Shown one piece after another: positions 1 through 12,825 of a stretch of DNA of 64,000 nt. A program made the position numbers and the translations under genes. Each line of letters starts with the position of its first letter. Position 1 is the first letter of the stretch. This DNA is from Octopus vulgaris (taxonomy: Eukaryota): assembly GCA_951406725.2 (NCBI GenBank), contig OX597819.1:36146001-36210000 (forward strand). Direction: 5' to 3'. The notes beneath the pieces were generated by a model that saw nothing but the letters and a program-made list of their open reading frames with translations, was not told the DNA's origin and did not search any database.

Positions 1-1331
1 AAGCTGCTGCTGGGTATTCGTGTTTTGCTGAATTCTATATGGTACTCCTTAACCCATATACTCTACTGGTTGGACTCTCACATAGAAAGCTGCTGTATAC
101 TCTTACCTCTAAACATACATTTTTCATTTATTTGCCTCTCCTTCCCTATGGAACCTAGTAAAAGAATAGCATCTGATGGTATCCTGAAACTTTTCTGTCA
201 AACCCTTTCAGCTCTCTTCACAAAACCCTTCAACTTCTTTACTCTATTGTAGACACAGCTACACAATGTCTAAATAGACTATAATTTCTACTCGCTCCTT
301 TTCATTAACTTTTATGGAACTATTGATTCAAAACTAGTCTTTGCAACAGCTGTGTGCACACCCACACATATATTCCCATATATTTATGATTATATGTTAA
401 GATAGCTATGTTATATTTAGAAGTTCTCTTTACTGTTTAGGTCTTTAATTTCATCATTGATTATTGATTTGACTGTATTATGTTTGTTTTGGTGGATTGG
501 GAAAATATAATTTTTGGGAGATTAATAATAATTGATGTTTTATTAAAGCTTAGTATAGATTACTCTGGAATTGGTAGCTGTATTGTTAAAGTAAAGAACT
601 GGCATATTTGTTTCATAACCAGAAGTGTTTGATTGCTGATACACCAATATATGAAACTGAATGTAAAATTTTATTTGGCTAATTTTCATGAAACCTGGCT
701 GGTTTGCAACCTTTGCTCATTCATGACTGATAACTTTTTTTCTTAATTGTAAGGTTAATTTTCATTTTTGTGTACACCAACATTATTTTAACTGAAGTTA
801 GACAAAGCAACTATTGGTAAATTATTTTTGACAAGCACCCATGTAGATATTAGAATTTATAGGTTTTAGCTGTAAAAAATTAAAATATTTTGTTTTAGAA
901 TTTTGTACCAAAATTTTAAAGTTAACTTCCACAGTAAACCTGTTTTTAGATGGATAAACTTATTTTTCTATTCACATATTTTTGGTTCTTAGCTTTCCAC
1001 ACACATACACGTTGGTATGTATATTGTAAAATACTGTTTGGAAGTTGCTCTCCATAATTTAAAAAAGAAAATCATCAAAAATTGCTCCTATTTTAAATCA
1101 GATGTTTTATTGTCTGCACTGAAAATTTGCTTGTACATAACTCTTAAAATTTTGCTTATTTCTGAAAATCATTAAGTGAAATCAACACCTTTCCTGTCAA
1201 CTAGGTAAAATTTACAAAAATGGATTATAGTAATAAAATCAGTAAGCTGTATTTTAGCTAGAAGCTACGTTGTGCCATGACATTTTGATTTTGCACCATT
1301 ATCTGATGTATTATTTTTCTTCTTTCTACAG

Positions 1332-1434
1332 TATGAACTTTTATTTTGTGTTCAAAATGAACAAGATCCAGCCATTTTTATTGTTCAAAGCCTCATTGCA
1401 AAATATCCAAATGCTGATAGCAGACTTTTTATAT
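1332..1434 (+). CDS. UGCG: Ceramide glucosyltransferase, internal exon (first visible)
   Basis: ctacag acceptor, gtaagt donor; translates YELLFCVQNEQDPAIFIVQSLIAKYPNADSRLFI, matching human [34 protein letters not shown] (D1 aspartate kept); phase 0 to 1. Confidence 0.95.
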
Positions 1435-3924
1435 GTAAGTGTATTTCAATATTGTTTTCTTTAAGTATTTTCTTTTTTTTCTACATAATTTTTTTTTTTT
1501 TCATCAACAAAACCTTTTATGCTGAAATGAATGATAACTTATAACATATTTCTGCTTCCTGGTTCTGTTCCACTCACAAAACAGTATATGTGGAACTGTG
1601 ACCTGAAAATAGGATTGTAAATTTACAGAAATTTTATTATAATGTGTGTACATACATGCACACACGCACACACACACATTTCAGTCATTTGATTGTGGCC
1701 ATGCTTGAAAGGTTTTAGTTGAACAAATCGATTCAAGGACTTGTTTTTAAGCCTAGTACTTATTCTATCAGTCTCTTTTTGCCAAATTGTTAAGTTACGG
1801 GGATGTAAACACACCAACACCAGTTGTCAAGCAGTGATGGGACACACACACACACATGACAGGTTTCTTTCAGTTTCCATTTACTAAATCCACTCACAAG
1901 GCTTTGGTTAGCCCAATGCTGTAGTAGAAGACGCTTGCCCTAGGTTCCATGCAGTGGGACTGAACCTGGAACCATGTGGTTGGGAAGCAAACTTCTAACC
2001 ACACAGTCGTGTCTGTGTGTGTGTGCGTGTGTATAATATACATTGTGATTCTAAAAAAAGAAAATTAACTCTGTAATCAGGCTCGTGTAGTTACTAATCA
2101 TCAGATGCTCTAAGTACCTACTGCAAGTGATGACTTTGTGGATGCAGACTTACCAAAACTGAGAAATAAATGCAGACAGACTTTTGAAGATTGGGAAATA
2201 AAAGAAACCAAGTAGAAATGGAATTAATAGTTGTTTACAAGAAAGAAATGCAGATTTGGTGTGTAATGGTGGTAATATTATTTCACTGACTGCATTAAAC
2301 CGAATGGGATGTTTTATTAACTAGTCTAATTTAGGGAAAGGGAAATGTAAAAAAATAAATGTAATACTGCTGGTTTTATTGAAAAACATTGATCTGTATC
2401 CATAGCACTGTAATCGTATATTTGATTGTGAAAGCTATAACTGGAAACTTTTATGAGGTTATTTTTAATGACTTGTGCATAGTGATTCTACTTAGAACTT
2501 TCACTACTCTTATCTCTCTCTCTCTCTCTCCAGACAGTAAATTAGTGCAGTGCTATGGTGGTACTTTAGCTCTGTCTCTCAGTCTCCCATTATATCTCAC
2601 TTGTAGTCTTCTCTATGTATACCTGGAACTATTCTGTCTGTCTGTCTGTCTCTGCTTCACCTAAATTCCAATGTTACCCTCCACTCCACCCAGAAGTACT
2701 GTGTGACCTAGGACATGTGCTAACCCATCCCACTTGGCTCAATTAATTCAAGCTCCAAAATGTATCATCAGAAGATTTTTTTTGTGATATTATGAAGTTG
2801 TTTAACTCCAAGTCAGTCTTGACCATGCAGACCTATGATCAAAGGCATTTCAGACATGACCAACCTGTCCTTTTATATACACTAACATTGCCCTGTATGT
2901 CTTTCCATTGTTTGTGGTATGAACAAGATTGGACTATTTTTAGCTGGTTGAGTCATCATGTAGACACTCTCTTCAAGAAGTAGATATATTAAATAGTTAC
3001 ATAATATGTTTAATCAGACATACAAAGGATATTGACTACTTGGAGCTCTTCTTGAGAAAATTCAGCAAAAGTTTACACCATTCCAAACAAAGTGAAATAT
3101 GTCTATTTTAGTTTTGTATTGATTTTGGGTGGGTGGAGGAGCCCAGATTGGCTGTTTTCCTCAACTTCTTAGTTTCTTCTGAGAAGTTTCTCTATGGTGA
3201 CTTAATATATATTAGGTTATAGACCTTCAATAAAATGTTCTTAGCTAGTCTTTATGGTGATTTAGACTATATTGTGTAATACTGTCATAAACATTTTTTA
3301 GCTATTCTTTGACTTAGTATGTAATGGGATGACACACAAAGAAAATGACTCTCCCCAGACACAACAAAAGTAGTTTTATTTTAGCTGTTCTCTTCTTTAC
3401 ACACCCACCCATACACACACGAAAAATGTAAAATCAAAACTTGAATAAAATTATACAAAAATTTTCATTTATCCGTTTATTTAGTTAATAGACTAAAGTG
3501 TGGCTGTGTGGTAAGAAGTTTGCTTCCCAACCACATGGTTCCAGGTTCAGTTCCATTGCATGACACCTTGGGCAGGTGTCTACTATAGCCTCAGGCTGAC
3601 AAGCCTTGTGAGTGGGATTTGAAAGAAGCCCGTTGCATATGTTTGTGTTTGTGTGTCCATCACCACTTGACAACAGGTGTTGCTGAGTTTATGTCCCTGT
3701 AACTTTACAATTCAGTAAAAACAGATCAATAGGATAAGCAACCATGCTTGGCAGTATCTCAGCATGGCTGTAGTCTGATGACAAATTAAAGGAGTAAAGA
3801 TTTTATATTGTTACTATTGGACTTGGATTCAAAGTTTCTGAGAATCATAATTAATAATTAAGATAATTTTTAATAAAATTTTTTAGTAGTTTTGAATTTT
3901 TTTCCCCCAAAATTTGAATTGTAG

Positions 3925-4026
3925 GTTCCAAAAATGTGGGTCCAAACGGGAAGATCAACAATATGGTGGCTGCCTATGACAATGCCAAGTACAATCTTAT
4001 CGCTATCAATGACAGCGGTATGAGAA
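3925..4026 (+). CDS. UGCG: Ceramide glucosyltransferase exon
   Basis: tgtag/gtaagt; (C)SKNVGPNGKINNMVAAYDNAKYNLIAINDSGMR vs human [33 protein letters not shown] (D2 motif DSG); phase 1 to 1. Confidence 0.95.
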
Positions 4027-4611
4027 GTAAGTTTATATTTTACAGTTCTCTTCTCTTGTTGGTGTTTTCTGTGTCAACTTCTCTAAAAATTTAAATATTA
4101 AACCAATAACTTCAGAGATAGTGATAAAGTAATGAATATTGCATTACGTAAGTCTTTTGTTAATAAAGTAATTGAAGTGTCAATCTGTTAGCTAACTTTT
4201 TATGTCACTTGTGTCTATTGTTGTTGAGTCAACAGCTGCTGACCTATTAAAAGACACCCGGTAGCCGAGTCAGAATTAGCATTTATAATGTACAGACAGT
4301 CTTGTTTTCTTTTGTTTAATGAATATTATTATTATTATTATTATTATCATCATCATGTGAGCCGGCAGAATGGTTAGCATACCAGACAAAATGCTTTGTG
4401 GCATTTTGATTGTCTTTCATTCTGATTTTAATTGCATCTGAGGTTGACTTTGCCTTTCATCCTTTCGGGGTTGATAAATTAAGTACCAGTGAAACACTGG
4501 GGTCGATGTAATTGACTAGTCCTCTCCCACAAAATTTCAGGCCTCCTTTCTTTATGAGAAAGGATTATTATTATTATTATTTATTATTATTATTATCGTC
4601 ATCTATTTCAG

Positions 4612-4724
4612 TGTCTCCTGAAACCTTACTTGATATGGTGAGTGCTCTCACTCCGAAAGTTGGTTTAGTACATCAGATGCCCTATTGCTGTAATCGGAAA
4701 GGGTTTGCATCTGCTTATGAAAAG
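4612..4724 (+). CDS. UGCG: Ceramide glucosyltransferase exon
   Basis: tttcag/gtaaca; MSPETLLDMVSALTPKVGLVHQMPYCCNRKGFASAYEK vs human [37 protein letters not shown]; phase 1 to 0. Confidence 0.95.
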
Positions 4725-5199
4725 GTAACATTTATTTCATAATTTTCTTTTGAATCCTCATCTTACTCCTAAGGTGTGTGACAATATTATGATAGCTAAG
4801 GGTCTATTTTTTTAAGAAAGATTTACCACCTCTAAATAGATTAGTTAATTGAAGGATGTGAGGATGTGTGTAAAATTGAACCTTCTAAATCAACTGTATA
4901 GATTTCAGATTTCTTTAACATTATTACCTATATTGGTATCCAATGGCATCTGGAATCAGAACTAAATTCTTTATAAATTCACTGTTGTTGTTGTGAAATT
5001 TAATGGGTTTAAAAAAAAAAAAAAGAAAAAAAATGCTCACTGAATCTATATTTATGTTCATCAGCATCATCATCATAACTTTCTTTCTTTGCATGGAATG
5101 GGGACTGCCAAATAGCATATTACATCTCTCAATCATTTGTCATCTTGTTAGGACAACCATCATTCTGAGATCTGACCTTGCTACCTCGTTTCTTTTTAA

Positions 5200-5872
5200 C
5201 CCTTTAACATTTAAACTAGTTATATTCAACCAAAATAGTTTACTTGTTTTATCTTCAAACTGGCCTGATCTGGTCATCAGTCACACTTTACCCTAGAATG
5301 TTATTCTAAAAACAATCAATCACATCATTGAAATATCAAAGCTACTACATGACTAATCCAAATCATTGTGAATAAATAAATATTACTTTTGATAGCTAAC
5401 TTCAACTAATAACACGTAGCACTTTTGCTCACAACCTATGTATATCGGCTGAAGCCTTTAATGTGTGCAATTTACTTTCCATGCTAATTAATTATCATTA
5501 CATAACCAGCAGACCTTGTGTGCCTCATTTCTCTCCAGCCTCTGCTGATGTTTCATGTCCATGACTAGAACTAATGGATTACAGCTTGCTATAAATTTCT
5601 ATGAGGTTCCTGTTCTGAGTTTTGTTTTTAATTTGTGATGAAATTGTGTACAATAAGATTAAAAATAAAATTTATTATTTACCCATTACTCTCTAAAATG
5701 TAATTGTTTTGAATCACTCATGCATTATCTTGTAGCTTTGAGATTTCAATGATGTAATTGTATATTTTTGAAATGACATTGTAGTGTAGGTGTGAGGCTG
5801 TATCTGACCAATTTAAACATAGAACAGCTAGGATATTTGGGTCAGATATAATCTAGTTTAAATGCTAAAGGG
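5200..5872. mobile_element. TTAA-flanked piggyBac-like MITE(s): two ~200-bp related units in inverted orientation
   Basis: ttaa|ccctttaacatttaaactag ... ctagtttaaatgctaaaggg|ttaa; imperfect inverted similarity continues for about 180 bp. Confidence 0.7.
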
Positions 5873-6550
5873 TTAAATTCATTTAGAAAATTAGTTTTCT
5901 CTGAATTGCCTCAGTCAATTTTTCTTATTTTTGTTCTTGAAACTGCATGTTTTATGATAGCATGTAGAGATGTCTCAAGGCAGGTGGCAAGTGATTTAGT
6001 TAAGATCACTCAATAAATAGAACATGAAAAATTTGAAAAAGAAAATAAAAAGGTACATGAAATTGTGTTAGTAGTGTTAAGGCAAGAATTTCTACAATTC
6101 AACAACATCAGTGGGGTAATGGGAAAAATAAATAAAACTGAATACTTTCTAAGCTATACAACTGAAAGGTGTGAATGAGGAAAATTAACACTGAGCTAAT
6201 GCTATATGTACACAAGAGTAGATTATATCGGTAGGGAAATAGCCTGACGATCTGATTACACTAATGGCTCATTATTTGCACTAGACACATTCCTTGTTAT
6301 GGTTGAATTTAATTAGTATTGAAACAGGAGTCAATAGTCCTGGCAAATACATTATGTAGGCATAGGAGAGTTATTACCTTGTGAAACTTCCAAAGTATTG
6401 AAGGTAGGATTTCCAGCAGCTGAAGAACATATGAAGTGTTATTTACCTGACACAGCACGAGTAAAGGTAGAAACTATAGGGTAATATATATGTACAAAGA
6501 CACCATCATTTTATTGGTAGCTTTAGATTATTCATATGATGTCAATTAGT

Positions 6551-6556
6551 TATATA

Positions 6557-6603
<47 letters not shown>

Positions 6604-6625
6604 TGTGTATGTGTATATATATTGC

Positions 6626-6670
<45 letters not shown>
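6551..6670. repeat. (TA)n/(TG)n compound microsatellite
   Basis: Directly visible. Confidence 0.95.
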
Positions 6671-6672
<2 letters not shown>

Positions 6673-7661
6673 TGAGGCCCTAGAAGACCTATCCACAAAA
6701 CTGAGTGCTTGAAGCGTGTCCCACCCACATGTAACAACACACTTTTCACCCACTCTAATCAAATTACAACTCCTCTTCTAATTGCACGTTTCTCTTCCTC
6801 ACATTTCCTCCTCATACTTTATGATTGTTTTCCAATCCTCTTTCTTGCCCTCACTGCTGTGCTCACTGTATCACTGCTCCCCACACACCCCACCACCGAC
6901 ATCTACTCCCTATTTTTCTAACCTAATTCTACACTCATATTCTTTTTACTTGTGAGTATACCCTAGCACTACACCATCTCTCTTCTTCTCTCTTACACTT
7001 TTGCTGTTTCCTACTCTCTCTCTCTCTGGTCACTTTCTCTCTCCTCTTGTTTTTCCTCTGACTAGGTAACCAAGCATCACCTATACACCAGTGCACTTGT
7101 TTCTGGCCTTTCTGTAACTCTCACTCACTCGCTCTCTCTCTCTCTGTTTGTCTCACTGGGTAACCATATACCTCCTCTATAGCAAGACACCTATTTCTAC
7201 CTTTCTGTTCCTCTGTTACACTATAACCTTTCATCATTTGATACCGGATCACATCCTCTAATGACCCCTCTGTTGTGGCAAGAAACCTACTTCTGTCTCT
7301 TTGTCACACTCTAACTATCATTCTCTGACACAAATGCCCTGCCCTTCTCATAATTCCATTTCTTTTGAGGTACTTGGTTCCCTGCCAGTGCTGGTGCCAC
7401 ATTAAAAGCATCCAGTCCACACTGTAATGTGGGTGGTATCTGGAAGGGCATCCAGCTGTAAAAATCTTACTGAAATTAACTTTGCCTGTTCTAGTGCCAC
7501 ATAAGAAGTACTGAGTTCACTTTGCAGAGTGGTTATTGTTAGGAAGGGCATCCAGCCATAAAATCCCTGCCAAAACAGACACTGTAGCTTTGGGTAGATT
7601 TTCTACCTGGCTGGCTCCTGTCAGCTGACCTACCCATGCATGCATGGAAGACGGATGTTAA

Positions 7662-8700
7662 ATGATATACGGTCATTATACTGATGATTGTATTGGTGCA
7701 ACCTCACTCTCCTGTGAACAACTTGACTCCTTCCTCTCTTTTGTCCAATCCTTACTTCCTGCCCTTGAATTCTCCTGCATTATTTCCAACATTTCTGTTG
7801 CATTTCTTGACATTTCGGTTAACATACATAACTCCGCTCTCACTACCTCCATCCACTACAAACACCTTGACTCACACTCATACCTTAACTTCTCCTTCCA
7901 CCCTACCCACACCAAGCTCTCCATTTTCTACTCCCAGTTCTTCCCTCTGCACAGGCTCTGCAGTGACAACCATGACTTTGGGACTCATGGCTCGCCACTT
8001 CATCCTTCGTGGATATCCCTCACCAATATCCACACAGCCCTTGTCAGAACATGTCCATGGCCCATACCTCTTCTCTCTCTCTCCACACCTGCCCCATTGT
8101 TGCCTGTCTCCTGTTTCCCCTCACTTACCACCCCTCCACCCTGCCCCTCCAATGCACCATTTTCCAAGCCTTCCGGTGACTCCAGTCTAACCCCTCCACT
8201 CAACACATCTTCCCCAACCTACCCCTTCCCTCCTTCAAATGTGCCCACAACCTGTGTGACCTCTTGGTTCACATTTTCTTCCCTAACCTCATCTCCCAAC
8301 CTGACTCATTTCCCTGCTCCTGCCCATGCTGTTGCACTTGCTCCTATCTCTCCAACACCACCTTCCTTACAGGCACCCACCACATCTTTATCATATCACC
8401 GACTCCTTTTTATGCACTTTAGCAATGTCAGTTACTGCATCTGTTTTTTCTGCCCCTCTCTGTACATCAGTCAAATGGGATGCAGCTTAGCTGACTGGTT
8501 CGCAGAGCACCTTCGAGACACCAGACTTGGTCTCGTGCCATTTCTACTCTACTGGTCATTCACTACAAAACCTGTCTGTGTTTGGATTGTCTTTGCACAA
8601 GGGCCATCCAGACTCCTGCATTTACGTGAACAGGAATTAATCTTCTCTCTTTGTTCTTTTGCGCCACATGGGCTCAACCCACACTCCTCTCTTCACTCTT
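7662..8700 (+). mobile_element. Penelope-like retroelement fragment (RT C-terminal part plus GIY-YIG endonuclease), degenerate
   Basis: YTDDCIG (YxDD), VAFLDISV, IHYK.LDSHSYL..HP.HTK.SI.YSQF..L.RLCS, NVSYCIC..CPSLYISQMG..LADWFAEHLRD, REQELIFSL...PHGLN; frameshifted. Confidence 0.85.
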
Positions 8701-8969
8701 ACCACCCCTCCTCCCTTCCTCTGACATCTGCTTCCTCTCTTCACTCCTGCCCACCTACTGTCTTCATTGATGCTACTTCCACCCACCCCGCTACACCATT
8801 CTACATGCACTAGCACTGACCACTTTCCAGTACCCACACCACACACCATCATCCGCACACCTACACACCGTCATCCACGCACACATTTACACATCCACAC
8901 GTCAAAGTCACTAGCTCTTACACACATTCTCACATACATGGGCACCTTTGTTTTGGGATCACCAATACT

Positions 8970-9359
8970 TTATTATATATTTATATATACACACACACAT
9001 ACATATATATATATTTTGTATGTGTATATTTGTGTGTATGTATGTATCTGTGTGTGTGTGTATATTTAATTGTTTATGTATTGTGTGTGTATGTATGTGT
9101 ATATGTATTGTGTGTGTATGTATGTGTATGTTGTGTGTGTGTGTGTGCACGTGTATGTTGTGTGTGTGTGCACGTGTATGTTGTGTGTGTGTGCATGTGT
9201 ATGTTGTGTGTGTGTGCACGTGTATGTTGTGTGTGTGTGCACGTGTATGTTGTGTGTGTACGTGTATATGTGTTGTGTGTACGTGTATATGTATTATGCG
9301 TGTGTGTACGTGTATATGTATTGTGTGTGTATGTACGTGTGTATATATATATGTCTTTG

Positions 9360-9390
<31 letters not shown>

Positions 9391-9421
9391 ATGTATATAT
9401 ATATTGTGTATATGTGTGTGT
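8970..9421. repeat. Compound (GT/AT) microsatellite-derived minisatellite, ~22-bp unit gtgtatgttgtgtgtgtgtgcac
   Basis: Directly visible tandem units; explains the overlapping C/V- and H/T-rich ORFs. Confidence 0.9.
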
Positions 9422-9638
9422 AAAGTGCATTATTATTTTGAAATGTATCGCTAAGCTATGCAAAATATGTTATTTCTTTTGTGATGAATGGCGAACAAAA
9501 CAAATCAAATGATTTTACTTCAAAACATTATTTGTTGAAAGTAGCATACATAAGTATATTGGAGGTGTGTTAAACCTTTATAATGTGTATCTTGTTTTAC
9601 AAGTTATCAGTCAATGTTATTTCTATTTAATGTATATT

Positions 9639-9679
<41 letters not shown>

Positions 9680-10183
9680 AAGAATTATATACATAAGTGG
9701 GTGTGTATGTATGTATATATGTAAAAGAATTATACACATAAGTGTGTGTGTATATATATATATATATATAAGAATTATACACATAAGTGTGTGTGTGTGT
9801 GTATCACTGTGACCGACCAGGCTATCAGATGTTGCTACACATCGCTGGTCACAATGCGCTTCGCATTGTTGTAACCTTCAAATGATGCCACCCTGCTGGC
9901 TAAGCGGGCAGGCCAATATATATATATATATATGCATAAATGAATTATACACATGTGTATGTATATATAATATATATATATAAAGAATTGTACAAATAGG
10001 TGTGTGTGTGCATATATATGTATATATATTTGTATATTTGTGTTGAAGTTTAATTTTCTTTTCCCTGTCCAAAAGAAAGTGTTCACTGCTTTGAGAAGTT
10101 TATATATGCATAGAAAAAATATATATCTAATTGATAATTTTTCTCACTTGAATTTCTTTTTTTTTTTTTTCTTAATACATTAG

Positions 10184-10362
10184 GTGTTCTTTGGAACACA
10201 GCAGTCACGATGTTATTTAAGTGCCAATTTTGTTGGTATTAACTGTACCACTGGAATGTCATGTTTGATGAGAAAGGAGCTTCTTGATCAAGCAGGAGGT
10301 ATGTCAGCTTTTGGCAAATACCTTGCTGAGGATTATTTCTTTGCTGAAGCTATTCGAGAAAA
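10184..10362 (+). CDS. UGCG: Ceramide glucosyltransferase exon (D3 motif)
   Basis: polyT..tag/gtaagt; [59 protein letters not shown](K); GMSCLMRK and AEDY motifs; phase 0 to 2. Confidence 0.97.
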
Positions 10363-11448
10363 GTAAGTTCACTTCAGAATTCTTTAATTATATATCTTCC
10401 TTTTGAAACTTTGAAGCGTTTTTTTTTTGTTGGAAATTACATCATGTGATTAACTGTTAAACATGTTAACATTTTGCAATTGATACTTTATTCATATTTT
10501 AATGGCCTCCTCTATTGCTTTCTCTCATATATATATGATAAATATGAGAAAGAAAGACAGACATTAAATTTATTTAATGTTGTACCTTTGTTCCTTTATT
10601 GGCCATTATCTTAATGTGTAAGCCTTAACTGGTATCCCTCTCTTTCCTCTCCCTCATATTTATGCAAAGCCTTATTTAATACTTTTATGCTATATCCTTT
10701 TATTTCTCAAAAGTTGATACAACCCTAAGAACAGTGCCATTAAGATGCTTGAAAAAAATATCTTTGTTTCTTCACTACAATTGTTGTAACACTCTAAATA
10801 TGCAACATTTACAACAATACTAAAAAAAAAAATCATTAATTACTTGGGTTATTATTAACTTTCTTTTATCCTAATATTTTTCTGTTTTAAATATCGTAAT
10901 TGTTGGCACACATAATTAGTAGATTGACTGTCAGTCAGAAACAAACTTTGTTAATGGTTATTTTGATTAATATGGAGGCAGCTGCATTGCTTGTATCCAT
11001 AACAGTGAGATATTTGTGCTAAAGATCCTTCTCTTGCATATTGTTAGTTTATTCTTGTTTAGCTCCAACTCAACCATGAGAGAGTAGACCTGGAATTAAA
11101 AGCATTCTAATCATGGCCATCCCATGTTTTTTTCTGTATAGAGAACCTGGAACCACATTATTCAATGTGTTCTTTTCTCTGTGAATTGAGGGAGATTTGA
11201 TTGCTATTTCTAACATGTCAAACAACTAGAGAGAGAGAGAGAGAGAGTAGGAGGCTCCTTTGATGACCTTATTTGTTGTTGATAAAACACAGGTTGCTTA
11301 AAATAAAACAGTCCAGTTATTAACTTGTCCAATTACAGATACATAGGATAGTGTATTGAGAATTGCTGTGGGTACTTAAACTCTTTTTTTTTTTTTTTCA
11401 ATAAATTTCATTGTGCTATATCAATATTATGTGATTTTACATTTCTAG

Positions 11449-11535
11449 AGGCTATCAAACTGTTATCTGCAGTGAACCTGGTATGCAAAACTGTGGAACA
11501 TATTCAATTGGAGAATTTCATAAACGTTTAATCAG
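11449..11535 (+). CDS. UGCG: Ceramide glucosyltransferase exon
   Basis: ttctag/gtttgt; GYQTVICSEPGMQNCGTYSIGEFHKRLIR vs human [29 protein letters not shown]; phase 2 to 2. Confidence 0.93.
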
Positions 11536-11573
11536 GTTTGTAATATTTTGTTGTTAATTTATTGAGAGAAGTA

Positions 11574-12825
11574 TCAGGTCATCCCATAAGAAAACAAGTG
11601 ATCAAATGTTTTATTTAATTGAAATCTAATCAACAATGTACTTTCCCTGATTATCTATGACTTCCTTCCATCTATTTACAAGCTTTTTAATCCCATCAAT
11701 GTAAAACTCTTTTGGTTTCAAAGCAAAGAACTCTGAAATGTCAGTTTCAACCTCCTCCTGGTTTGCAAAAGTTATGTCCCCCAAATGATTCTGTAAACTA
11801 TGAAGGTAGTCTGAAGGAGCAAGGTCGGGAGAATAAGATGGATGAAGAATTTTTCCCAACCAAGCTCTTCGATCTTCTGTGATGTGATCTTTGCAGTGTG
11901 GCGTCACGCATTGTCCTGATGAAACATCACTCCTTTTCGATTCACTAAAGTGGGTCTTTTTTTCTTCAAAGTTTGGTTCAAACGCTCTAATTGCTGACAG
12001 TAGACTTGAGCATTGATTGTTGTATTAGGTGGTAGCAATTCAAAGTGAATTACTCCTTTGCAATACCACCGGATAGAGAAGAACTTTTTTTCCTTGAAGT
12101 TCCCTTCTCGGTTGTGGTTCAGCTTTTTCCCTTTTACCAAACCACTGTTTACGACATTTAACATTTCGATAGAAGATCCATTTTTCGTCACCAGTCACAA
12201 GTCTATCCAAAAAGGGTGAAATGAGTTCGCGAGATTGGAGAGAAGAGCAGATGTCAACTCGGGATTTGCGGTTGCTTTCGGACAATTCATGAGGCACCCA
12301 TTTTCCAAGTTTAGGAACCTTTCCAAGTTGATGACGATGAACAAATGTATGGTTTGAACTAAGCTTTATTGCCAATTCTTCAACTGATAATTCAGGATTT
12401 TCTTCAAGTAATGCCTCAAGGAGCTTATCATCAAACTCAACTGTATGTTCTGTTCAATCTTCATCTTCAAGATTGAAATCTCCACTTTTGAATTTTGCAA
12501 ACCATCTTCTGCAAGTTCTATCATTCAAGCATTCTTTCCCCATAAACTGAGTGTATGTTTCGAGTTGCTTTGGCTGCAGAGTTACCTTTTTTGTACTCAT
12601 AAAGCATTATGTGCCTCAAATGCTCTTTGGATACTTCCATGTTAGAAAGGGTTTTAATCAAAGAAGAAGTTTTAATTCTATTATTCTGTAAAATAATATT
12701 TAATTAGTTTCAATGTACACAAATGCATAAAAATAATTTTTAATTCCATTAGACATTCTAAAATACTATTAAATTTCATTTGGTTTTAAAAAAGGTAAAA
12801 TCAGACAACTTATGGGACGACCTGA
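11574..12825 (-). mobile_element. Full-length decayed mariner (DD34D) transposon
   Basis: TIRs tcaggtcatcccataag / cttatgggacgacctga, TA at both ends; transposase pseudogene 12640-11626 with WVPHEL, LVTGDEKW, FHQDNA and YSPDLAPSDY motifs, split by frameshifts. Confidence 0.95.

Noticed and set aside
6671-6720. Hammerhead ribozyme near the Penelope-like element (gatgagg...gaagcgtgtc)
   Set aside because: CUGANGA and GAAA cores are incomplete and the stems are not convincing
7662-8813. 383-aa ORF as a host gene
   Set aside because: Frame-switching remnant of a Penelope-like element; the Pro/Ser-rich middle is out-of-frame translation
8948-9512. Cys/Val- or His/Thr-rich ORFs (also at 45385-45865 and 54287-54777)
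   Set aside because: Translations of GT/AC microsatellites
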